Below are positions 13,521-25,700 of a stretch of DNA of 64,000 bases, in pieces. A program made the translations under genes and the position numbers. Within the stretch, counting starts at the first letter, position 1. Each line of letters starts with the position of its first letter. Source of the DNA: Tubiluchus corallicola. Taxonomy: Eukaryota; Animalia; Priapulida. Below the pieces are notes generated by a model. It was not told the DNA's origin. It did not search any database and saw only the letters and a program-made list of their open reading frames with translations. The stretch is from positions 186,001 through 250,000 of the forward strand of contig JAQGDQ010000334.1 of the NCBI GenBank assembly GCA_030141605.1, in the 5' to 3' direction.

Positions 13521-15240
13521 TTTCTATTTATGAATGTTTATTTCTCTAGAGTATCATTAAATAGTGGCAAGAGCCATCCATGAATGCTTTCCTAGAAGCA
13601 TATTAATATTTTTTAAACTGAATTCTAATTTCTTATTCAGTGTAGTTTAGACATTTGAAGAAGATTTATCTGTAATAAATATTATAGTTAAATCGTATTT
13701 AACTTATGGGTTTAAGGACAGCTTTTCATTATGATTAATTCAACCATAACATTCTTAACAATCACGCTAAATGCAATCAGTTATAATGAGTAATTTGAAG
13801 CTGTTCCACACATGAAATGAAATTAAAAATGCAAATTAGTGAGTAAAACGTTTCATTTGTCGACGTTTTTAGGAAGTCATTTTTACCTTTAAGAGAATGG
13901 GTCTAATTGTGATACCAATTCAAAGACAGAGGCAGCGTTAATTATTTATAAGCTTGATGTGAATATGGAACAACCCCATAATTAATTTAGTTTCGAGAAA
14001 ACTTTGAAATCAGGAAGTGATAAAAACAGAAAACAGACTGGATTTATAGTTTTGAACAAAGAACCTTCTCTTTTAAGGCAGACGCTGTAACCGCAAGACG
14101 ACCATGTCGTCGGTGTTCATGGCAACCCAAAGTTCATGCTTTACAGCTGGCCAAGCAGTTCAGCTTTTCTATTGATAATTCGCTCATTCCACAGTGATTT
14201 AACTAGTTAGATTAACTGATTAATTAAAAAAACCACAACTGTAGTGCCAGCCATACACCGTATATCAATCAGTGAAACAGTTTATAAATCCATCATTAAT
14301 TTAGATCAGTAGCTGAATGGATATATGATACCTGACCTTATAAAGTGAAATAGCTTCTTCGCTGATTAGCCTACATCTTGCGTCACAATGTTTTGTTGAA
14401 ACGTCTGTAATCTCACCATTAGTGGATTATATCGATTACCTCACCTGAGCCTGGTGAGGTGTCACAAATAAATTAGTAAACAATGTTTATTATGAACGCG
14501 CGCGTTAATCAACGTCGCTGGTGTAAAATTGATGGTCAAAATAGCAGCTGATGCTGTTCAAAATTTCTTTGCGAAGCTAGTTTTTCAAAAAAAATTGTGA
14601 AAACATGGACTCTATTTCGAAATTAAATTCGAATTTTGTGATTTTACCATAGCGGTGCGGACAAATTTACCCACATTTTTTTAAATAATGAATCAAAGCG
14701 ATACAGTGGCGCATAAGAAGTTCGTAAAAAGCGGACGCTCTTCAACGATTTTACGATCATTTTTATTCTCCTGAATGTTCGCTGTCTTAAGAAAGACAAA
14801 TTTAAAAATATGTACAAAAGAAATAACATGATGACAGCAGCTGATGGTATAATTTTTTGTTTTTGCAATGACTGTCACGCAGGCAGCAATATGATGGACG
14901 TGATAATATTAGTGGGAATGAAGATGGTGAAGGTGATGATGATGAGGAGGCTGTTGTTGTTGTTATTATTGTTTTTGTTGCTTTCGTTGTCGTTATTATT
15001 GTCAGTGTTGGTGTTGTTGTCCTTGTCATCTTTGTCACTGTTGTTGCCAGTGTTGGCGGCAGAAGCGATGGTAGTAGCAGATGATGATGATGATGATTAT
15101 GACGTTTAAGAGCACTAAAATATATTGTTATTAAAGTACACAGATGTCAATGTTCTTAGCTATAGCATGAAACTTGTCTGACAACTCCTGCTTGGTATGA
15201 CAGTGTTTGCATGTTACAATGAAATCAGAGAGGAAATTAC

Positions 15241-15342
15241 CACCGACTTTACGCTTCCTTCTCTTATTATTGCCCAGGATAAAACGCGAGCTCGCAAGTC
15301 GTTCAGCTTCCTAATCACGCTCTAAACTAAATCCACCGGGAT
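15241..15342 (-). other. Candidate cassette exon of the prohormone-4 gene containing an in-frame TAG
   Basis: ttttcag| ... GTG|gtaatt, 102 nt, ~47% GC. Phase-1 reading is DPGGFSLERD*EAERLASSRFILGNNKRRKRKVG. Confidence 0.4.
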
Positions 15343-16908
15343 CTGAAAATGTATAGAATCCTCTCTATGGTTTACTTGTGTATAGACTCTGCACATCTTT
15401 TCTGTTCTTTTCTTAGTCTATAGTTTTTCTTCATATAGCTTTTACTAAAAGTTTGAAAAGGATTTAAGAAATAGTTTCTTTAAAAACTTTGTCGTCAATG
15501 CATTTCTTATTTTTACTTAGTGCTATTAGGATGGCCAGCATGGATTATGCAACAATGCGTGAAGGCCACCTATGCGCATTCGGAAAGCTTTATGGATCAC
15601 GGAGCGATCAAGTAGGCCTATGGAGATCTGTTAGAAGTACAGTATTAATTAGGGTCTGTTCACAGTCATGCTAAACGAAAAATGAAATCTGTTCACAAGA
15701 TCTATTGAGAAAAGTTTATTGTTTCTCAGCTACCAACCAAAAATAAAGAAACGACGGCATGGAAAGACAAATGCAAAAATTAAAACAACCAAACAAAAAA
15801 TCAAACAAACAAATAAAACGTACATACAAACAAATAAATGACTTATCACCTCAAATGAGTTATATCACACCAGTCCTGCCAAATTTACTTGTTGGGTCCA
15901 AAGATATTTTTGCAGTTGTACGCAATTCAAAAGTACTTACAAATCACTGAAAATTAACCTAAATTCTTTAGGTTCAATTGCATAGAATTCAATCATTTTT
16001 AGTTTGTTGCTAAGTATAGTAAGCCTTTGCCATTCTGTATAGTAAGGCTTTGCCATTCTTACCCGAATGGGCCAATTATACAGGAATTTATACTGCGCTA
16101 AGCAAATAGTAATTTACACGTTACATATTACCATATGGCCAAATGAATGACAGTTGGGTCTGTCATAGTTTTAATATTGTTTGATACGACGGCAATGTTT
16201 GATTGGCGTTTTAGTTGCACTATCTGAATGAACAGCATCCAGAATCGATGAATTCCTGTTTAAAAGGTAAATGGACAGCTATTGACTCGTTCAGTGTTAT
16301 TGCTTTAACATTGAACTTTCAAACTAACCATATTGGCCCATACAAATACGTGAGAAAAAGTGATGTTAAAAGCGTTCGTCTAAAAATAGTTTGCGTTCTA
16401 TCACATAAATGGAAAGGTTTTTAACACATAGAATCACTAATTAACAAGTCAAGTAGCATGTCAAAACAGTCAGTGTCCTATGAAAACTCGTCGGGGAGTA
16501 CCGCCAGATTTTGATAAGATCAATGAAGTGCTTATAACTAGCAGAGTTATTCGGTTTCTTCGAATTTGTTCCTAATACTATAAAATTATGGCCAAATTAA
16601 CCAATTTACAATATTAACTTTAATTTTTGATGCTATTCACAGTATTGTTCGTAATTCCCATGCATATAATGTATTATGTCTTGTTGACGGAGAACAGAAG
16701 CTGTATGTTATTATAAAGTTGAGTAATGCAAAAACTTTGCACGTTGAAGCACCTATTATTATCAACGCTATTAAGTGGATCTATAAATCATATAACTCTG
16801 GGACAAAAGCTCCAAAGAAAGCAGCAGAACAGTTGATGATAATTTATGGTTCAGCATTACGCATGGACTGATGGATGGATTGTTTGGTTTCACTACACAC
16901 AATAGATA

Positions 16909-19053
16909 TTGAAAACAGCTATATTTCCTATAAAGGTCCCACGCGTACAGTTAGTAGAACTAGGACAATATAGTTCTACGAAAATACATCAGCAGCAATT
17001 TAATGCAAAATCTGCCTGCCCTTGGGCGGATACAGAACTCGCAAAACTAAGACACAATAAAAATGAATTATATAGAACATATTTACATTTAAAAGGTAAA
17101 ATCAATTACAATTATTACAAAAAGGCACGAAATAAATTTAATAGCTACAACAGGAAACTCAAAAATAAATATTATATTAATAAATGCAATGATGCAACTA
17201 CACCTAAACAAAAATGGCGTTTAATTAATGACGTACTTAACAGATACAGAAACGATCAATTACAAATAAATAGTTTACGAGAAAATGACAGTATAATATC
17301 TGATCCAGTTGACATTGCTAACAAATTAAATTCCACATTTATCAATCTCGGAAAATTTGACAACTTGCCACACCAACATAATGCAAATATACACAATATA
17401 TACAAAAACCAATCAGTAATACAATCCACTTTCTCATTTACTAGCGTCACAGAATACGACATCTTTAGAATATTAAACAGTTTAAATATAAATAAAGGAA
17501 GTGGACCCTCAGACATGCCAATAAAGATCTTAAAAGACTGTGCCAGCATCATTACTCCTCATTTAACATATATCACAAACCAAGTCTTAATGCGCTCAGA
17601 ATTTCCAGCAGTGTGTAAACAAGCAAACATAACTCCAATACACAAGAAAGATGCTAAAGATGATGCTAAAAACTACAGACCAATCTCAGTAGTGCACGTA
17701 CTAGCCAAAGTATTTGAAAGAGTTATCTACAACCAAATAAACCATTACATTGAAAATAATAAGTTACTGTCAAATCATCAATTTGGTTTTAGAAAACTAC
17801 ATTCTACAATAGACGCGATAATTGATGCCACTGAAAAGTGGCGTTACAACTTAAATAAAAATAAATATATAACAGCAGCATTTTTAGATCTAAGTAAAGC
17901 TTTTGACAGCCTCGATCACAATTTACTACTAGACAACTTACGCCAACTAGGATTCGATTATACTTCTCTCAAACTAATTAATAATTACCTACACAATAGA
18001 AAACAAAGAGTCAAACTGAACAAACACACTTTTTCAACATGGGACACACCACAGAGAGGCATTCCACAAGGTACGATATTAGGTCCATTACTCTTTTGTT
18101 TATACGTTAATAAAATTCATTTAGTTTTACATAATTCAGACTTAACACAATATGCCGATGATACAACACTCTATACAGCACACGCAGACTTTCTAACATC
18201 AAAAAATAATCTAGAAAAAGACATAACAAATATAAATGCAGCATTTAACTATTTTGGTTTAAAAATGAATGATGATAAGACAGAATTTATGGTAATATCA
18301 CCCAAATCCAATGACATTACTTCTAATGCAACACTAAAAGTAGGTGACTGTTCCATAGAACAAGCAAAAACTGTAAAATTTTTAGGCATTACTGTCGACA
18401 ATAAACTCACTTGGGATGAACAGTTTCATCAAATACACAACAAGATGGCATTAAGCACGACATTCTTACGCCAAACCAGAGGCCATCTAACCAAGAAAAC
18501 AAAAATTCTCATCTACAAAAGTCTAATATTACCACATTATCTATATGGTTGCACTTTATTTCAAAACGTTAAATATGAAAACTTTAGAAAACTAAATACG
18601 ATGCAAAACTACGCACTTAGATTAATTCATGGCTACTCTAACAAAACTGCTAAACAACATGCTGCTTCTGCAACAAGCTTAAGAACGTCCACAAAAATAC
18701 CAATATTAGAAGCCTATCGAGATTACAAAACACTGATATTTCTTTATAAATATATAAATAAACTGAGCATTCCATTTATAAACAATCCCTTAGCATTTAT
18801 TCCTGATACCACATTGAACACTAGAACATACAATTTAAAGCAAATTACAGTAAACAATAAATTTGGAAATAACTCTATATCAAAACAGGCCATACATTTA
18901 TGGAACTTACTACCCAGTGAAATAAAACAAATAGAATCTCTCCACCACTTTAAAAAGAAATTAAAAGAATATCAATATAACAGGTTTCAACTTCCACATT
19001 GTGCATCTGATACTAATTACACGGACTCCACTTTCATATACCCCCGCCCCTGA
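16909..19053 (+). CDS. Reverse transcriptase ORF of a 5'-truncated CR1/L2-group LINE (homology from ~17000; no endonuclease domain)
   Basis: Motifs PW, NYRPIS, QFGFR, FLDLSKAFD, GIPQGTILGPLLF, YADD, FLG and LWNLLP in one uninterrupted frame. Confidence 0.93.
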   Translation: MKTAIFPIKVPRVQLVELGQYSSTKIHQQQFNAKSACPWADTELAKLRHNKNELYRTYLHLKGKINYNYYKKARNKFNSYNRKLKNKYYINKCNDATTPKQKWRLINDVLNRYRNDQLQINSLRENDSIISDPVDIANKLNSTFINLGKFDNLPHQHNANIHNIYKNQSVIQSTFSFTSVTEYDIFRILNSLNINKGSGPSDMPIKILKDCASIITPHLTYITNQVLMRSEFPAVCKQANITPIHKKDAKDDAKNYRPISVVHVLAKVFERVIYNQINHYIENNKLLSNHQFGFRKLHSTIDAIIDATEKWRYNLNKNKYITAAFLDLSKAFDSLDHNLLLDNLRQLGFDYTSLKLINNYLHNRKQRVKLNKHTFSTWDTPQRGIPQGTILGPLLFCLYVNKIHLVLHNSDLTQYADDTTLYTAHADFLTSKNNLEKDITNINAAFNYFGLKMNDDKTEFMVISPKSNDITSNATLKVGDCSIEQAKTVKFLGITVDNKLTWDEQFHQIHNKMALSTTFLRQTRGHLTKKTKILIYKSLILPHYLYGCTLFQNVKYENFRKLNTMQNYALRLIHGYSNKTAKQHAASATSLRTSTKIPILEAYRDYKTLIFLYKYINKLSIPFINNPLAFIPDTTLNTRTYNLKQITVNNKFGNNSISKQAIHLWNLLPSEIKQIESLHHFKKKLKEYQYNRFQLPHCASDTNYTDSTFIYPRP

Positions 19054-19410
19054 CTCCATATAATGATTAAAAATGAAATTTTTTAAAAAAAATTATGTAA
19101 TGTAATACGTGTGTTATGTTAGTTTCGTGTTTCGTAATGTTAAATGTATAAATAGTGTGCACTATGTAATGTAAAATTTAATGTACTTTCCTATAATTGT
19201 TTGTGAAAATATTTTAATATGGTATTTGTAAATATGTTCATTATATTGTATATAGTTTGCACTTTAGTTTTTTTAGTATGCACTGGACGCATTTGTCTTG
19301 AACAGTGTTGTTATTTTAACATTACGCTGAGGCTAACTCAATTTTATTATAATGAGGGAACCGTTTTTATGACAAATAAAGAATTAATATATATATATAT
19401 AAAACTATAA
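17000..19410 (+). mobile_element. 5'-truncated LINE, antisense within the prohormone-4 intron
   Basis: RT ORF plus an AT-rich 3' UTR ending AATAAA (~19375) and a (TA)n tail. No TSD seen. Confidence 0.85.
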
Positions 19411-20654
19411 GTACCTAAAATAAAAACAGTTCATATCAGTACTAATCAACATAGGCATCCAAAACGAGTGTGTTAGACATAATAGTAATTTTAGAATTTT
19501 TAAAGTAACTACATGTTACAGAGTCCCATACGCTTAAATTAATAGCTCATTCAATAAGTAATTTGGCTTCAGTTAAAATGGTGGCACGACACAAAACAAG
19601 TTTTAGCAGTATACCAATAAACATACACATCTAAACATCTTCAAGGAAGCCGGTTCATATTTTAGTTAAAATAAAAACCAAGACTAGTTTGCTTTCAAAA
19701 TGTAGAATTTTACTCCAAATGATAAACAGAAATGTTACTGATAAGGTACAACACGAACATAGCTTTATTAAACGCTATGCTTAAATTGTAACTTAAATTG
19801 TACCTGAACTCATACAATGTTTCACTTTTTGGAACGTTCATCTTACAAAAGTTGTCTAAGTGTGACGCTAATTTTGTGTAACTGAGCATGGCACGGTGAT
19901 GAAATGCTGTCCACCGGTAGTTGTTGACACTAAAAGGGTGTTGAATTTTTTGTATGAAATTAGCGATATTGTTGGTATTCTGTAAAATTTTGAAAGTCAT
20001 TTCTAAGTTTGAAGTTGGAAGCCATTATCCTTAAGTGTACGATGCAAAAGACCTAGTGATTTATAAAGCTCTCCCTGCCTACAATTGATTTGCCCAAACA
20101 ATGCCAGATATCTTACGAAGAACATACTGGTAAAATGAGTTAACCACTTTTCTGCACTTTGTTATGTAAAAAACAGTCTGGACGTTGTATTGTCTGCTGA
20201 TCTTTGGCGACTGATCAAAAGCCCGCTGATTTAAAAATGACACACGAAACTGTAGGTTGCCTCGAATTATCCCAATTGTTTAATTCGCTGTAAGTTGTCT
20301 GCGATAACTGTTTTCTCTTTGCGAAGTACATTCATGGTCTATTCTTTAAATTCAGTCCAACTGACGTATTGCACATTATCCCGTATAGCGCATAATTAAA
20401 AACTGTGATACAATATTACCTGCATTTTGATTGTCCGAAATGAATGGTATAGAAGATGGATTTTTAATTTTTTTAATCTATAGCACCAGCGAATTATCTA
20501 ATGCATAAAAACAGTGTTTTGGCTCACATGAGCAGAAAGACCGAAAAATAAATCATGTAGAACTTTTAAGTTTGACCTCTGAAAATTATTGATATAAATA
20601 TTTCAACGCAAAGCACAATACATCTCACATGATTTTCTGTTGACATTTGCCTGG

Positions 20655-20772
20655 TGGTCCTTTGTCTTTTTAGGCGAATCTTTGTTCGGTGGCCTTTTGT
20701 CCGGTGGTATATTGTCCGAGGCGATCCTTTGACCGGCCGTCCTTTGTCTGGTTGTCTTTTGACCGTCCCCCA
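20655..20772. repeat. Degenerate ~15-bp tandem repeat (ttttgtccggtggcc-like), probably transposon-associated
   Basis: Recurring tttgtc/ttgtcc motif about every 15 nt. Confidence 0.6.
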
Positions 20773-20822
20773 TATATATATGCAGTCTTGTTATAATGTG
20801 GCCACGTTTAAGAAACATGTGC

Positions 20823-21064
20823 TCATAATCATAAAGAAGGCAAAGTGCTCATTAGGTCTCGATTTTTTTATTTTTACAGAAGCTATCGTCCTTCACTGAC
20901 GTGTGTGGCCTAGATCTTGAAAGACCTTGAACGTCATACAAGTAGATTTCAGGATGAAGCCGCGAAGGACGAAACCTTCTGTGAAAAATAAAAAAGACTT
21001 ATTGAGCACTTCGACTTCTTTATGATTATGATCATGGCAATCATCAGAAGAGCACTATCTTATT
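20823..21064 (+). mobile_element. Palindromic double-hammerhead element, copy 1 (probable inverted Penelope pLTR pair)
   Basis: Arms tcataatcataaagaag..agtgctc..cagaagctatcgtccttc and gaaggacgaaaccttctg..gagcact..cttctttatgattatga. Homologous to 61404-61645. Confidence 0.7.
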
Positions 21065-22954
21065 TTCAAACATGTGAGCATATTTAACTTATCTGTGTTC
21101 TTAATTTGGTATGTCATGAGTCTACTAAAAGTTCTTATTGATTTTTATTGACTGCATCAAATCAACCATGATTTTCTGTCCATTTAACAATAGCACAATG
21201 ATGACGACAGCGGCGGTCGGATGACGACAAAGAGGACAAAGACAAATTGATGTTCCTAGTAAACTGCTTGTGTATTTTATCTGTTTGATTATTTCTGACC
21301 ATCGAGGCGGAGATGAACATGTAACGACTGTTGCTAACGTGTTTAATATTGAAGAATACCTTTGTTAGCATTTACTGTGGTAGTATGTAATGGGAAAAGC
21401 AGATATTATGAGAAACTCCGAAGCGTTGTCCCTATCAAGATTACTGAAATGCTTGGTTTTCATGCGTTTTTCACAGAAGTCACTTGTCATTATTGTTTGT
21501 AAAGTAGCTGATGTTACACAGTGAACTTAGAGAATGTATACTTAAGTCATGTAGTTTATATAGTGTAGTTAGTATCTGACTAAATCTAAAGATCCACTAA
21601 TAAAGGTATCATCAAAACAGAAAAGTATCATCACTTATTTGTGTTTATATAATAACTTGTGTGTTGATTTAAATAAAAAATAAACAAATAAATAAATATG
21701 ACAAAATAAAAGGTAACTTATTTTTGAGATTTTAAATGTGATTTATCTCACGCGTATAGCTTTATCCGCCAGCAGCCGATTCTAAAAGACCCATACGCTG
21801 ATTTCATTTTATTCCAGCATTTGGTATGATTAAACTACACTGAACCAATAAGAGTCAAGTAACGAACACGGTTTTAGTAGCGGATTTGGTTCTGCATTTA
21901 TTTATCTTGTTAAAAATCGACAGTGTTATCCAACACAATGTTTTATTTTTCGCATTGTGTTTAGCGACGTTTAACTGTGTCTTGATTACACGCATGACAG
22001 CTTCTTCTACACTCAGACTTTATAAAATGTTTTGCTGAATGGCAGGCTGTTACTGCTCATTTATTTGAAAGAGAGGCATAACAGTTCGTTTGCGCTGACA
22101 ATTTGTTCTTTATTTGTGCACAAACATTCTCAGTAATTATGTTTATCGACAAAAACTGTTGCACATGTTAGGCAAGTCTTTTGCGCAATTCCTAACACTT
22201 ATACAGCTGCTGTAAATAAACTAAATCTAGTGAACTATCCTCCCAATTTACTAATGCCTCACAGAAGTTCTTTACTGGGTAAACAGTCTGAGACTAGAAG
22301 AGAGCGCTCTTTGGCGGCCATCTTGAAAAACGTTTTTAGCGGATATTCTGGAACAGACTGTTTTATAAAATCTTCATATCAACATGAAGTTTTAAAATAA
22401 AAGGTAATGTAAAATGTGTTATTTATATTAAATGCGTGTAGACACGTGAGAACTGTGTAGAAAATTTGCAGTTTAATTTACATGTTTTTAGAAACAAATA
22501 ACTGACGACAATTGAATAATAAATATGAACGATAATTGGGAAATAGCTTTGTGGTAACGATTTTTCCTTGTGACGTGAAAGGATAATTGATCTGATTACT
22601 ACATGGATGTGTGACCAACCAGAAACTGCTTCTGGGTTGTTTGCGATAACAGATCACAAATCTTATTAAAACTAGATTAGATGCTATGGATTTAAGAAGA
22701 TTTTTACTTTTTGATAGGCGCTTATAAAGAGGTAACTGTATCTCACCCCCCCCCACATCACTTACTTTACAATTTTTTGTATGTAAGTTTGTCTTCAGTC
22801 ATTTTATGTGATGTTCAAATAATTAAGACAAAATAAATGAAAACAAAATACGACTCGACTTTTTCTTTCGTTGAAGCGTATACACATAAAAACATTTCCA
22901 AGGCACCTCTGTTGATTCAGTAACTCATCTTCAAGACTAATCTAGAATGAGTTC

Positions 22955-23620
22955 ATGTGTTTGTCGGTTTATTGAACCACCATTACACACATAAAACGTC
23001 AACAACAAATGAACAACATAGATTTAATAGACAATAAAAGAGACGTTTACTAGAGACAAAATCCCCTTACAAAGTAATAGCTCGAGCGCAACAATTAATT
23101 TATACAAATGTTAAAAATAATTATCACAACAATGTTACAAATAGGAGAATAATTACTCTTTGCACAATTGTATCTAAATTTTATATAGACTTTAAATGAT
23201 TCCTAGTATGAAAGGTGATTCCCAAAAAACTACAATAATCTTACATAATTCAATATCTTACTACTCATTATAAAGATAAATTTATTATTGGTATAGCAGA
23301 AAATGCAGGGAACAAAGTTTCAATAATATGAAAAAGCGTCAATCTATCATCTTGATAATGTGGACAAGCATGTGCATTTCATCTTCAGTTTGGTTAAGGT
23401 CTCTCACGCCTAGATATTATATAAAGTTTATATACCGGCCGGATTCAATGGCCAATTTATGGACGCTTATCCTAAATTTGATGTAGTTTATTATAGCCTA
23501 CCTTGTGGCGTCAAATGATAAATAGTTTTCAAATCGGTACCTTTTTAAAGGTTTCGATATGTCCTCATTTTATTTTAAGCTTCTCTTCTTGTTCATGTAT
23601 ACAACCCATGGACATTGAAA
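22955..23620 (-). mobile_element. LINE 3'-end remnant (same family as 40425-41250)
   Basis: Shares gtttattgaacca...tagagacaaaatccccttacaaa with 40425-40535; AATAAA on the minus strand. Right boundary approximate. Confidence 0.55.
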
Positions 23621-24859
23621 TTTAATTATCGTTGTTAATAAAAAATTGAGATCAACAAGTTTCAAGCATAGCCCTACGAAATCGTTTTCTTTTTGTGTAT
23701 TTTTAATTGTGTAATATGTGCATGACAGTGCATGCACATCAAACTAACAGACGGTTAACATTGGCATTTGGATGTCTGAATAGAACGAAAAGATGAAAGA
23801 GAAATCAATGTTGTTGTCAGCCAGGCACTCACACTAACAGAAACAGGTGTTAAAACAACAAACAAAAATCAATTTGCAACATCTCAAGCCATTCTCAGTC
23901 TATTTTATGCTTGCAATAATAGCAGAATTTGTGCATGCTACGACAGATATTATACGAAATACATCAAATACTTGTAAGTAAAAATTCGTAGAACACACAT
24001 AATATATACATACCTAAAACTTGCATAGGAAAAAATAAAATGTTTTTAGTAAATATTCATGAGTTAGTAAATATAAATTGACTTGCGTACTGCTGACCAA
24101 AAATTTCTACAGTCGTTCTTCACAAAATCTGTACTCTACTTTATTCGATCGAGAGTCACTCTCCCTTAACACATGTTTAAAACGGGCTTGGCCGTTTTTC
24201 ATAATCTTTTTATATTATCAGTATGCATACCTTGCCTAGGTTTACGATAATTAACCCGTACAAGGAAACGAAGCGCGCTTCATCTTTTTCACGAGCCACC
24301 ATTTTATCCACCCAGGCATGACTTTATAATGATCACGGTAACCCCTCTTCCTCCAACTGGCTTCATGGGAATACAGTTGAGCATATATCATTATATAGTT
24401 TATTCAGATTGTTCTGATGTTATACATTACTAGCCTCTCAGTACAATAAACGGTTTCTAACGAAACAATCATTTTCGAAAGTAATTCTTCACTTAGATTT
24501 CCGTATAATTAGACGACTTAAAGCATTATCCCATCTCTTTTATATCCCTGATAATTCTAGCGTGTTATGGTTATTATTCAGCAGTTCGGTAGTCCAGAAT
24601 CTGTCAACCTCAATTATAAAAGATGTATTGAAGGACATAGCAAGAACATATGATCATAGCTGTTCAACGTACAGTACAAGTATCAACAATTGTGACCATG
24701 ATAGGCGTGCTCCAAACAACAGTCCAAGCAAGATGTTATGCTATGACTGGGACTAATAAAGGTTGACGTTTGCAGTAGCTTTAGATCAGTTACAGCGAGT
24801 TTGCTAACATCGCACATATCAATTAATGATTTATCAGAATTATGATCAGAGTGTGCATT

Positions 24860-25250
24860 GAAGTCTCCTATAACAGCAATATAACTAGAGGGACATTTTT
24901 CAATAATCCTGGTGTGATTAAGCCTAGGTAGAATTGAAATTCGTCCTCATTATATGCACATTGATGAGGTAAATACACAATGTAAAAATATGTATCCATT
25001 AATTTCTTTGGCAATGAAATTCCACCCACAATTCTGTATTCATTAGACAAAATTTCTATAGTCATTTAAACATCTTTTTAAAGTACGGCTAATCCCCCAA
25101 ATGGTCTGTCCTCTAAAACCCGGCCTCTATAACTACAAGGAGAGAATTAAAATTAGGATGAATATCGTGTGGTTTAAACAATTCTTGTCTAGGTAATATA
25201 GTTTCCCGCAAGAATATTATATTATTTTCTGTACATATCAATATAATATT
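24860..25250 (-). mobile_element. Degenerate LINE AP-endonuclease fragment
   Basis: DRPFGGLAVL (GRPxGGxAIL motif) followed by RIVG..YIVYLP..EFQFYLG. Confidence 0.55.
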
Positions 25251-25362
25251 ATTTATAGCATCAGCCCGTCTAACAAATTATATTATTATTAAATTTTATA
25301 CCTCCCATAAAATAAATGTATGAAGAAGATTCATGGATAAGACGCTGTTGGTGTTGCATCCC

Positions 25363-25700
25363 TATCAGCCGCAGTCACTTCCAGTTCACCAAGTTCATTG
25401 TTTTCGCTGTGGTTCGTTTTCCTCTTCACTTTGCCGTATCAGCTGTAGTCACTTCCAGTTTAGCAGGTTCATTGTTTTCGCTGTGGTTCGTTCTCCTCGT
25501 CACTTTGCCGTATCAGCTGTAGTCACTTCCAGTTTAGCAGGTTCATTGTTTTCGCTGTGGTTCATTCTCCTCGTCACTTTGCCGTATCAGCTGTAGTCAC
25601 TTCCAGTTTAGCAGGTTCATTGTTTTCGCTGTGGTTCGCCTTCCTCGTCACTTTGCCGTATCAGCTGTAGTCACTTCCAGTCCAGTAGGTTCATTGTTCT
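25363..25700. repeat. 74-bp minisatellite, ~4.5 copies
   Basis: Unit agctgtagtcacttccagtttagcaggttcattgttttcgctgtggttcgttctcctcgtcactttgccgtatc recurs at 25441, 25515, 25589 and 25663. Confidence 0.93.

Noticed and set aside
24231-24310. Possible minus-strand exon MVAREKDEARFVSLYGLIIVNLGK ending AAG|gtatgc
   Set aside because: Phase 0 does not fit the phase-1 prohormone introns; no good acceptor or homology
25363-25700. CRISPR-like or coding repeat
   Set aside because: Contiguous 74-bp units without unique spacers; eukaryotic context; period not divisible by 3
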